DNA of 32,000 nucleotides from Xanthomonas campestris pv. campestris str. ATCC 33913. GTDB taxonomy: Bacteria > Pseudomonadota > Gammaproteobacteria > Xanthomonadales > Xanthomonadaceae. Below are positions 9,875 through 18,233 of the stretch, piece after piece. The stretch is taken from assembly GCF_000007145.1 (NCBI RefSeq), contig NC_003902.1:1237436-1269435 (forward strand). The letters are read 5' to 3'. The position numbers and the translations under genes are program-made. Under the pieces are notes generated by a model. It was not told the DNA's origin. It saw nothing but the letters and a program-made list of their open reading frames with translations, and did not search any database. The number at the start of each line of letters is the position of its first letter. Positions within the stretch are counted from its first letter, which is position 1.

Positions 9875-12223
9875 TTAGCGCGCCGACATCGAATACGGCC
9901 GCTGCGCGGGGTCGATGGCCCATTGCTGATTCGGCGTGGCCTGCATGCGGAAGCGCAACTCGCCGCCGGCCTGAATTTCTGCGTGCGTCAGATAAGCGCG
10001 CGTCAGTAGCTGGCCGTTGAGGGTGGCGCTGCCGATGTATGGGCGTGCATCGCTCACGCCTTCGGCGATCACGCTGAAGCGCTTGCCGTTGGGCAGGTTG
10101 AGCGTGGCGCGCGGCAGGAACGGGCGGCCGATGATGTATTGATTGCTGCCCGGCGCCACCGGGTAGAAGCCCAGCGTGGTGAACACGTACCAGGCCGACA
10201 TCTGGCCGAGGTCGTCGTTGCCGGCCAGGCCTTCGGGGCCGGCGTGGTATTGGCTGCCCATAATCTGGGTCAGGCGTGCCTGCGTGCGCCACGGCTGGCC
10301 GGCATAGGCGTACAGATACGCGACGTGATGGCTGGGCTCGTTGCCGTGCGCATACCAGCCGATCAGCCCGGTGATGTCTTCCATGTGCTCGAACACCTTC
10401 GGGTCCACCTTGGCGTCGAACACCGCATCCAGCCGCGCCAGCAACGTGTCTTCGCCGCCGTGTGCGGCCGCCAGGCCGGCGACGTCCTGCGGCACGTACC
10501 AGGAGTATTGCCAGGCATTGCCTTCGGTGTAGTCGCTGCCATAGCCGCTGGCCGAGGGGTCGAACGGTTCGCGGAAAGTGCCGGCGCGGGTGCGTGCGCG
10601 CATGTAGCCGGTGGCCGGGTCGAAGGCGTGCTTCCAGTTGCTGGCGCGCTTGCTGAATTCTGCGGCGATGGCGGGCTTGCCCAACTTGTCGGCCATCTGC
10701 GCGATGGTCCAGTCGTCGAATGCGTATTCCAGCGTCTTGGAGGCGGCTTCGCCTTCTTCGTCGATCGGCACGTAGCCCAGTTCGCGGTATTGCGCGATGC
10801 CATCGTACGGGCCGTAGTTGGCGCTGGCCACCATGGCATCGAGTGCTTCGTTGGCATCGAAGCCGCCGATGCCTTTCATGTAGGCATCGGCAATCACCGG
10901 CACGGCGTGGTAGCCGATCATGCACCAGGTTTCCAGGCCATGAAACGCCCACACCGGGAGGATGCCGTAGGCGCTTTCGCGACGCGAGGCGAGCAGGGAA
11001 TTGACCACGTCGCTGGTGCGCTGCGGCGGTTGCACCAGGGTGAGCAGGGGGTGCAGGGCCCGGTAGGTGTCCCACAGCGAGAAGGTGGAATAGTGGCTCC
11101 AGCCGGTGGCCTGATGCACGGCGTTGTCTGGCCCGCGGTAGCGGCCGTCGCTGTCCATGAACAACGTCGGCCCGAGCAGCGTGTGGTACAGCGCGGTGTA
11201 CAGCTGGGTGCGCTGCTTCGGCGTGCCTTGAGCATCGATCGCCGACAACGCCTGTGTCCATTGCGCGCGTGCATCGGCGCGCACGCGGTCGAAGTCGAAG
11301 CCGGGCACTTCGGCGGCCAGGTTGGCAATGGCACTGTCTTCGCTGACCGGCGACAGCGCAACGGTGACCACCAGTGGCGTGCCGTCATTGGCAACATCGA
11401 ACACGCCCACCAGCTGCCGGCCTTCGATTTGCGCACGTTGCGCGGGGTTCTTGTCGCCCGGCGGCGGGAAGCCCTTGTACGGGATGTCCTGCTCGGTGTC
11501 GTGCAATTGCGTGGCGGTGAGAGGGCGCGAAAACCGCATGGCGAAATACAGTTGCCGGCCCGGCGCCCAGCCACGCGTTTCGCGGAATCCGGTGACCGTG
11601 CCATCGCTGCGCACGCGCAGGCGCGACCACTGCACCTTGCCCGGGTAGTCGTAGAGGCTGGTGCGCAGATCCACCAGCACATGCGCGGGCACGCCCTTGG
11701 GGAACTGGTAGCGGTGCACGCCCACGCGCGCGCTGGCAGTGAGTTCGGCGCGGATGTTGCGGTCTTTCAGGGTCACCGCGTAATAGCCGGGCTGCGCCTG
11801 CTCGCTGGCGTGATCGAACTGCGCGGTGTAGCCGCTGCCGGGTGTGCCGACATCGCCGCGTTCCAGCTTCACCGTACCGGCGATTGGCATCAGCAAGATA
11901 TCGCCCAGGTCCGAATGCCCGGAGCCGGAGAAATGCGTATGCGAGAAGCCGACAATCGTGCTGTCGCTATGCCGGTAACCGGCGGCCCAGCCGTAGGCCT
12001 CCTTGCGCGGTTTGATCTGGGTGTCCGGGCTCAACTGCACCATGCCGAACGGCACCGTGGCGCCGGGGTAGGTATGGCCTTCGCCACCGGTGCCGATGAA
12101 GGGATCGACCGCGCGATAGGCCGAGTCGGCGGCGCGTGGCGCGGCAGTGCTGGCGAAGACGGCAAGGGCGGCCAGCAGCGCCAGCCAGCGGATACGGGAC
12201 AACGCGATCAACCGATGCTGCAT
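9875..12223 (-). CDS. Glycoside hydrolase family 92 alpha-mannosidase (782 aa), secreted
   Basis: Signal peptide MQHRLIALSRIRWLALLAALAVFASTAAPRA, then VDPFIGTGGEGHTYPGATVPFGMVQLSPDT and GFSHTHFSGSG, which are classic GH92 motifs. Confidence 0.9.
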   Translation of the reverse strand: MQHRLIALSRIRWLALLAALAVFASTAAPRAADSAYRAVDPFIGTGGEGHTYPGATVPFGMVQLSPDTQIKPRKEAYGWAAGYRHSDSTIVGFSHTHFSGSGHSDLGDILLMPIAGTVKLERGDVGTPGSGYTAQFDHASEQAQPGYYAVTLKDRNIRAELTASARVGVHRYQFPKGVPAHVLVDLRTSLYDYPGKVQWSRLRVRSDGTVTGFRETRGWAPGRQLYFAMRFSRPLTATQLHDTEQDIPYKGFPPPGDKNPAQRAQIEGRQLVGVFDVANDGTPLVVTVALSPVSEDSAIANLAAEVPGFDFDRVRADARAQWTQALSAIDAQGTPKQRTQLYTALYHTLLGPTLFMDSDGRYRGPDNAVHQATGWSHYSTFSLWDTYRALHPLLTLVQPPQRTSDVVNSLLASRRESAYGILPVWAFHGLETWCMIGYHAVPVIADAYMKGIGGFDANEALDAMVASANYGPYDGIAQYRELGYVPIDEEGEAASKTLEYAFDDWTIAQMADKLGKPAIAAEFSKRASNWKHAFDPATGYMRARTRAGTFREPFDPSASGYGSDYTEGNAWQYSWYVPQDVAGLAAAHGGEDTLLARLDAVFDAKVDPKVFEHMEDITGLIGWYAHGNEPSHHVAYLYAYAGQPWRTQARLTQIMGSQYHAGPEGLAGNDDLGQMSAWYVFTTLGFYPVAPGSNQYIIGRPFLPRATLNLPNGKRFSVIAEGVSDARPYIGSATLNGQLLTRAYLTHAEIQAGGELRFRMQATPNQQWAIDPAQRPYSMSAR

Positions 12224-12366
12224 GCGGGACGACTCCGGGCAAGTGCAGCGCCGGACCGTAGCACAGGCCCTTCACTGGATCGACGTCGCCGCATAACGCC
12301 GTGCATGCCGCCGCGCTTGTGTCCGCCACTGCGTTCCTGCACACCCGCCAGCCACGTGGATGTGCA

Positions 12367-13350
12367 TCAACGCGCGCGCTTCGCGGCCAGCACCGCCACG
12401 GTTGCCAGCGCTGCCACTGCCGCGCCGATGGCCAAGGTGTTGCGCCCCGCACGTGCGCGCACGGCCGGGCGACGGCGGAAGCCGCCATCGATGCCACCGG
12501 CGATGGCAGGTGGGCCAAACACATTGCCGCTGGAACGGCCCACGCGCGGTGCTTGCGCGAAGTAACGCTGAAAGAACCGGCTCATCGCACGTGCGAACAG
12601 GTTGGGTGCCAACGCATGACCAACGCGCATGGCCTGCACGGCCGGGCCGATCACCACGGTATTGCGCGGGCGATCGAGCAGCCGCACCACCGCCTGCGCC
12701 ACGGTGCGCGTGTCCAGCATCATCGGCGGGCCGGTGACGCGGCGGCCCACGTAGTTGGCACCATGCGACAGCCCCGGCGTGTCGACAAAGTACGGGTACA
12801 CATCGCAGACATGCACCTTGGGGTGATCGATCAATTCCGCGCGTAATGCTTCGGAAAACCCGCGCTGGCCGAACTTGCTGGCGCTGTAGGCGGCGGCGTA
12901 GGGCGTGGCGGCAAATCCGCCCAGCGAGATCATGTTGACGAATACGCCATGGCCTTGTTCGACAAAGATGGGAATGGCGGCATGCGCATCGTGCATGCGC
13001 CCGATCAGGTTGGCCTGCACCACCGCCGTGCTCGCTTCGATGGGCACCTCGTGGAAGGTGCCCACCGCGCCTACGCCGACATTGCCGAACCACAGATCGA
13101 TGCGGCCCAGAAAACTGCGCGCGCTGGTGGCCAGCGCCTGCACCTGATCGGCCTGTTTGACGTCGGTGGGCACCACCAGCACTTCGGCGCCGCGCGCACG
13201 GCAGCGCTCGGCAACCTGTTGCAATGCCTCTTCGCCACGCGCGGCCAGCACCAGGCGCGCGCCGCGTTCGGCAAACGCTTCGGCGGTGGCCTGGCCAATG
13301 CCGCTGGACGCGCCGGAAATCACCACGTGGGCAGGATGTGTGCGATGCAT
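12367..13350 (-). CDS. Short-chain dehydrogenase/reductase with C-terminal membrane anchor (327 aa)
   Basis: VVISGASSGIGQA, NVGVG and YSASKFG motifs. The C-terminal hydrophobic segment is TLAIGAAVAALATVAVLAAKRAR. ATG 13350 lies 7 nt after AGGAG. Confidence 0.8.
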   Translation of the reverse strand: MHRTHPAHVVISGASSGIGQATAEAFAERGARLVLAARGEEALQQVAERCRARGAEVLVVPTDVKQADQVQALATSARSFLGRIDLWFGNVGVGAVGTFHEVPIEASTAVVQANLIGRMHDAHAAIPIFVEQGHGVFVNMISLGGFAATPYAAAYSASKFGQRGFSEALRAELIDHPKVHVCDVYPYFVDTPGLSHGANYVGRRVTGPPMMLDTRTVAQAVVRLLDRPRNTVVIGPAVQAMRVGHALAPNLFARAMSRFFQRYFAQAPRVGRSSGNVFGPPAIAGGIDGGFRRRPAVRARAGRNTLAIGAAVAALATVAVLAAKRAR

Positions 13351-13524
13351 GCGGAGGCTCCTGGGTCGTAGAAGCGTCCATGCTTGATGCTGGCCTGTGA
13401 ATGGCACGCGGCCATTTGCGTACCGCTGCGTGAAGCCAACCGGCACCGCAACCTTGGCAAAAGTTGTGCGACGTGATCAGCATCCAGTGCTGAAAATCAC
13501 GGCCGCCATCCCCATCTGAGCGCA

Positions 13525-14160
13525 ATGGATTTGTTCGATACACCGCTCGCGCCGCTGCAGGTGCTGGACGATGCCGAAGGCGGCGTGCGCTATTGGCCGC
13601 AGCTGCTGGCGCCCGCCGTGGCGCAGGCCGCATTTGCGGCATTGCGCGACGGCGCGGACTGGCAGCGCCACCAGCGCACGATGTACGACCGCGTGGTGGA
13701 TGTGCCGCGCCTGCTGGCCTCGTATCGCCTGGATGCGCCACTGCCGCCGGGCCTGCCGCTGCAGCTCTTGCTGGCCGCGGTGCAGGCACAGTTGCCGGCA
13801 CCGTACAACGCGGTGGGCTTGAACCTGTACCGCGACGGCCGCGACAGCGTGGCCATGCACCACGACAAGCTGCACACGCTGCTGGCGCCGCACCCGATTG
13901 CGTTGCTGTCGCTGGGCACGCCGCGGCGGATGCAGCTGCGGGCCAAGCAGGGCGCCACGCGCGCGATCACGCTGGAGCTGGCGCCCGGCAGCCTGTTGGC
14001 GATGAGCCATGCCTCGCAGCTGACGCATGAGCACGGTATTCCCAAGACCACGCGCGCGCTCGGCGAGCGCATCAGCGTGGTGTTCCGGGTGCGCCCGCCC
14101 GCGCGCATGGCCGCCGGTCAGCACGGGCCGCACTGGGAAGCACTCACGCAAACGGACTGA
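13525..14160 (+). CDS. AlkB-like Fe(II)/2-oxoglutarate-dependent dioxygenase (211 aa)
   Basis: LNLYRDGRDSVAMHHD (HxD), SLG, a second His in THEHGI, and the RISVVFR C-terminal motif. This arrangement matches AlkB-type 2OG oxygenases. Confidence 0.7.
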   Translation: MDLFDTPLAPLQVLDDAEGGVRYWPQLLAPAVAQAAFAALRDGADWQRHQRTMYDRVVDVPRLLASYRLDAPLPPGLPLQLLLAAVQAQLPAPYNAVGLNLYRDGRDSVAMHHDKLHTLLAPHPIALLSLGTPRRMQLRAKQGATRAITLELAPGSLLAMSHASQLTHEHGIPKTTRALGERISVVFRVRPPARMAAGQHGPHWEALTQTD

Positions 14161-14331
14161 ACACATGTGCGGCACGTGCGTGCATACCTCGCAACATATG
14201 CGCAGCGGCCGCGAACACCGCGCAGTTGCACTGGATGCCTGCGCCCGCACGCTGCCCATTTCGGGTGATTGCCATCGCCATCACGTCTGGCCATGCTTGC
14301 ATGCACTTCCCCCACCCGATACCGCCGCTCC

Positions 14332-16041
14332 ATGAGCCTGGCTGACACCCGTCACCATCAGATGTTTCCCGAGCTGGATACGGCGCAACTTGCCATCACC
14401 CGGCGCTTTGCCAGCGGCCCGCCGCGGCGCTTCGAGGCCGGTGAAATGGTGTTCGACGTGGGCGATGCGCACGCGCCGGTCTGGGTGGTGCTGGAAGGCG
14501 CCATCGAGGTGGTGCGCCGCGATGGCCTGGGCAACGAAAAACCCATCACCTTGCACACGCCCGGGCAATTCACTGGCGAAGTGAGCCAGCTTGCCGGGCG
14601 CGCGTCACTTGCCGCCGGGCGCGCGGGCGAGCACGGTTGCCTGGCGTTGCCGTTCGACACCGCGCATCTGCGCGCGCTGATGATCAGCTCGGCCGAAGTG
14701 GGCGAGGTGGTGATGCGCGCGCTGATCCTGCGCCGCGTGGGGCTGATCGAGGGCGATGCCTCCGGCTCGGTGCTGATCGGCGAACCCGACGACCCGCACC
14801 TGACCCGGCTGCAGGGCTTTCTCACCCGCAACGGCTATCCCAACACGGTGATGGATGTGTCCGACGAGGACGGCCGCGCGCTGGTGGAGCGGCTGGGCAT
14901 CCAGGAACAGGACCTGCCGGTGATGGTGTGCCCCAGCGGGCGCGTGCTGCGCCAGCCCAGCGATGCCGAAGCCGCGCATTGCCTGGGCATGACGCCCGAC
15001 ATCGACCCGGATCACCGCTACGACGTGGCGATTGTGGGCGCCGGCCCGGCGGGCCTGGCCACCGCGGTGTACGCGGCCTCCGAAGGCCTGTCGGTGATTG
15101 TGCTGGACCAGCGCGCCATTGGCGGGCAGGCCGGCGCGTCGGCACGGATCGAAAATTACCTGGGCTTTCCCACCGGCATCTCTGGCCAGGCGCTGGCTGG
15201 GCGCGCCTACAACCAGGCGCTGAAATTCGGTGCTGAGCTGGCCATTCCGCTGGAAGCGGCCACGCTGGAATGCGGGCGCGAAGACGGGGCATTGCGGCTG
15301 GATCTGGCCGATGGCAAGCAGCTGCAGGCCAGCACGGTGGTGATCGCCTCGGGCGCACGCTATCGGCGGCCGCAGATCGACCAGCTGGACCGTTTCGAAG
15401 GCCACGGCGTCTCGTACTGGGCCTCGCCGGTGGAAGCACGCCTGTGCGAGGGCGGCGTGGTGGCGTTGGTGGGCGGCGGCAATTCCGCCGGGCAGGCAGT
15501 GGCATTCCTGGCGCCGCGGGTGAAGGAACTGCACCTGATCATCCGTGGCGAAGGCCTGGAAGCGTCGATGTCGCAATACCTGATCGAACGCATCGCCGCG
15601 CTGCCCAACGTGACGTTGCACACCGGCACCGAAGTGGCCGCGCTGGAAGGCGACCCCGAGCGCGGTCTGCAGGCGGCGGTGCTGCGCACGCGTGCCGATG
15701 GCCAGACCCAACGCCTGGAGCTGCGCCACCTGTTCCTGTTCGTGGGCGCCGACCCCAACACCGGGTGGCTGCAGCAGTGCGTGGAAACCGATGCGCATGG
15801 CTTCGTGGTGACCGGCAGCGTGCGCGCCGAAGGGCTGCCACCGTGCCTGCCGTTGGAGACCAACCGCCGTGGCGTGTTCGCCATTGGCGATGTGCGCGCC
15901 GGCTCGGTCAAGCGCGTGGCTGCCGCCGTGGGCGAGGGTGCCGCGGTGGTCGCGCAGATCCATCAATTCCTGGCGCACCAGGCCACGCCGGTGGCCGTTT
16001 CCGAACTTGCCAACGCCACGCAGGAGTCCGCGACCTCATGA
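14332..16041 (+). CDS. Cyclic-nucleotide-binding domain fused to a thioredoxin-reductase-like FAD/NAD(P) oxidoreductase (569 aa)
   Basis: N-terminal cNMP-binding-like region (FEAGEMVFDVGDAHAPVWVVLEGAIEVV...FTGEVSQLAG). Then DVAIVGAGPAGLATA (FAD), VALVGGGNSAGQAV (NADPH) and GVFAIGDVR motifs. I did not see the CxxC redox-active pair typical of TrxB. Confidence 0.8.
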   Translation: MSLADTRHHQMFPELDTAQLAITRRFASGPPRRFEAGEMVFDVGDAHAPVWVVLEGAIEVVRRDGLGNEKPITLHTPGQFTGEVSQLAGRASLAAGRAGEHGCLALPFDTAHLRALMISSAEVGEVVMRALILRRVGLIEGDASGSVLIGEPDDPHLTRLQGFLTRNGYPNTVMDVSDEDGRALVERLGIQEQDLPVMVCPSGRVLRQPSDAEAAHCLGMTPDIDPDHRYDVAIVGAGPAGLATAVYAASEGLSVIVLDQRAIGGQAGASARIENYLGFPTGISGQALAGRAYNQALKFGAELAIPLEAATLECGREDGALRLDLADGKQLQASTVVIASGARYRRPQIDQLDRFEGHGVSYWASPVEARLCEGGVVALVGGGNSAGQAVAFLAPRVKELHLIIRGEGLEASMSQYLIERIAALPNVTLHTGTEVAALEGDPERGLQAAVLRTRADGQTQRLELRHLFLFVGADPNTGWLQQCVETDAHGFVVTGSVRAEGLPPCLPLETNRRGVFAIGDVRAGSVKRVAAAVGEGAAVVAQIHQFLAHQATPVAVSELANATQESATS

Positions 16042-16340
16042 GCCAGTGCACGCACCTCAACCACATCCACCACGTCACCCCCAGCGCACGCGGCTGCGAA
16101 GAGTGCCTGGCCAGCGGCAGTGTGTGGGTACATCTGCGCCTGTGCCGCGAGTGCGGGCATGTGGGTTGCTGCGACGATTCGCCCAACCGCCACGCCAGCG
16201 CGCACTTCCACAGCACCGGCCACCCCATTATCGAAGGCTACGACCCGCCGGAAGGCTGGGGCTGGTGCTACGAGGATGAGCTGGAAGTGGAACTGCCGGA
16301 GCAGACGCCGCAGCTGGGGCCGATTCCGCGGTATGTGTGA
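16038..16340 (+). CDS. UBP-type zinc-finger protein (100 aa)
   Basis: Cys/His pattern CEECLASGSVWVHLRLCRECGHVGCCDDSPNRHASAHFHSTGHP. ATG 16038 overlaps the upstream TGA as ATGA. Confidence 0.75.
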   Translation: MSQCTHLNHIHHVTPSARGCEECLASGSVWVHLRLCRECGHVGCCDDSPNRHASAHFHSTGHPIIEGYDPPEGWGWCYEDELEVELPEQTPQLGPIPRYV

Positions 16341-16388
16341 GCGGCGCGTTGCGCCGCTGGGAATGGGGAATCGGGAGTGGGGAATCGG
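16341..16388. repeat. GC hairpin followed by tandem GGGGAATCGG motifs (Xanthomonas-type intergenic repeat)
   Basis: GCGGCGC-gtt-GCGCCGC (16341-16357) starts immediately after the stop codon. GGGGAATCGG then occurs at 16365-16374 and 16379-16388, a 14-nt period. Confidence 0.55.
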
Positions 16389-16603
16389 AAGGGCGTGGCT
16401 TGCGGTGGGGTATCTCCGCGTTTCACTGCTCCGTGCTGACGGAGTCGTGTTGATTGCGCCGCGTCTTCTCTCGGCGGGTACGTGCGGCTTTCCTAGCCGC
16501 ATTGATTGACGCGCTGCGCGCACGCAGTCACGCATCGATGATCGTGGGCCGCCCGAGTGACTCGTGCGCCGCATGCGCGGGCAGCGTCACCCGCGCTTGC
16601 ACC

Positions 16604-17350
16604 TCAGTCCGGCCAATGCACCGGGGGCAGGGCGCGCAGTTGCGGGCGGGCGAACAAATAGCCTTGCTGCAGGTGGATGCCTAAGTCGCGCAGGGTGCGG
16701 TATTCGTCGGCTTCTTCGATGCCTTCGGCGATGACGGCGATACCGAGTTCTTCGCACATGCCGGTGACGTGCCGCACGATCGCCTGGCGGCTGCGGTCGG
16801 TGTGGATGCCGCGGACCAGGGCGATGTCGAGCTTGAGCAGGTCTGGCTGGAAATCGGCCAGCAGGCCGAGCCCGGCATAGCCCGCACCGAAGTCGTCGAT
16901 GGCGGTCTTCAGGCCGCGTGCCTGGTAGGCACGCAGGATGCCGAGCAGATGCGCCGGGTCGGCCATGTGCTCCTGCTCGCTGACTTCGAAGATGATGCTG
17001 TGCAGCGGCCACTGGTAGTGCTCGGTGGCCTCCAGCGTGGCGCGCAGGCAGTGTTCGGGGTTGTACACCGCGTTGGGCATGAAGTTGATCGACAGCAGCG
17101 CCGGCAACGCGATCGCCGCGGCGCATTCGATCGCCTTGATCCGGCAGGCCTGGTCGAACGCATAGCGGTTGCGCTCGTCCACCGCGCCGAGAATGCTCGC
17201 GGCCGAGGCGCCGTCGACGCCGCGCACCAGCGCTTCGCCGGCGTAGATGCGGCGCGTGGCTACATCGACAATGGGTTGAAAGGCCATGGTAATGGCGGTG
17301 GGAAAGTCCTGGCCATCGCGGCAGGCACGGCAAACGGGGAGAGTAGGCAT
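16604..17350 (-). CDS. Stand-alone EAL-domain protein, probable c-di-GMP phosphodiesterase (248 aa)
   Basis: The EALVR, SINFMPN, EVSE, DDFGAGYAG, KLD, EGIE and QGY motifs are all present. The short N-terminal extension carries CRAC. Confidence 0.85.
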   Translation of the reverse strand: MPTLPVCRACRDGQDFPTAITMAFQPIVDVATRRIYAGEALVRGVDGASAASILGAVDERNRYAFDQACRIKAIECAAAIALPALLSINFMPNAVYNPEHCLRATLEATEHYQWPLHSIIFEVSEQEHMADPAHLLGILRAYQARGLKTAIDDFGAGYAGLGLLADFQPDLLKLDIALVRGIHTDRSRQAIVRHVTGMCEELGIAVIAEGIEEADEYRTLRDLGIHLQQGYLFARPQLRALPPVHWPD

Positions 17351-17491
17351 CGGCGAGCAATCGTGCAGTGACAGACAACCCTAGTCCTATCGGCCGCACG
17401 GCGGTGTCTTTGAGGGACGATGTTGCAGGCCATCACCACCGCTGCCGTCGCGCTCGGCGATACTGCGGCCATCTTCAGGATTGGACGCCCC

Positions 17492-18130
17492 ATGACCGCG
17501 CTCACCGAACGTTATGCCCAGGCCGTGGATTACGCCCGCATTGCCCACGCCGGGCAGCTGCGCAAGGGCACGCAGATCCCGTACCTGAGCCATTTACTTG
17601 GCGTGTCCACCCTGGTGCTGGAATGCGGCGGTGACGAGGACCAGGCCATCGCCGGCCTGCTGCACGATGTGGTGGAAGACTGCGGCGGCGGCCATGAGGG
17701 CTCGATTCGCGCGCAGTTCGGCGATGCGGTGGCCGATATCGTGATGGCCTGCACCGACGCCACCGCCGAGGACAAGGCCGACGTGGACAACACCGCCAGC
17801 GCCCGCAAGCGCGACTGGCGCGAGCGCAAGCAGTCCTACCTGGCGCATCTGCGCAAGACGCCCGAGCGCGCACTGCTGGTGTCCGGCTGCGACAAGCTCT
17901 ACAACGCCCGCACCATCGTGCAGGATCTGGAAAACCCCGACGTGGGCCAGGAGATCTTCAACGTGTTCACCGCCGGGCGCGATGGCACGCTGTGGTACTA
18001 CGCTGCGCTGGAAGAGATCTTCCGCACCCGCAAGGCCGCCACCGCGCGCCTGTTCAGCGGCGTGGTGGCGCGCATGCAGGCACTGGCCGACAGCTCCATC
18101 GACACCGTGCCTGCGCACGCGGTGGCCTGA
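17492..18130 (+). CDS. HD-domain protein of the RelA/SpoT hydrolase type (small alarmone hydrolase-like, 212 aa)
   Basis: AHAGQLRKGTQIPYLSHLLGV followed by GLLHDVVED, the HD/ED motif pattern of (p)ppGpp hydrolase domains. There is no synthetase domain. I place the start at ATG 17492. Confidence 0.7.
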   Translation: MTALTERYAQAVDYARIAHAGQLRKGTQIPYLSHLLGVSTLVLECGGDEDQAIAGLLHDVVEDCGGGHEGSIRAQFGDAVADIVMACTDATAEDKADVDNTASARKRDWRERKQSYLAHLRKTPERALLVSGCDKLYNARTIVQDLENPDVGQEIFNVFTAGRDGTLWYYAALEEIFRTRKAATARLFSGVVARMQALADSSIDTVPAHAVA

Positions 18131-18233
18131 CCGGCGCAGCGGTGCAATCACGGTGGATCGGGCACAAGCGCTGACGCGCGCTGCATGTGTGGCGCGCTAG
18201 GCTGGCGCACTGTCCAGTTGTCGGTTTGGTGTC

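Noticed and set aside
10139-12565. 808-aa plus-strand ORF
   Set aside because: It is antisense to the well-supported GH92 gene and runs through the next intergenic region. Its composition is Arg/Ala/Gly-rich and domain-free, so it is a high-GC artefact.
14605-15978. 457-aa minus-strand ORF
   Set aside because: It is antisense to the cNMP-TrxR gene, whose FAD and NADPH motifs fix the plus frame.
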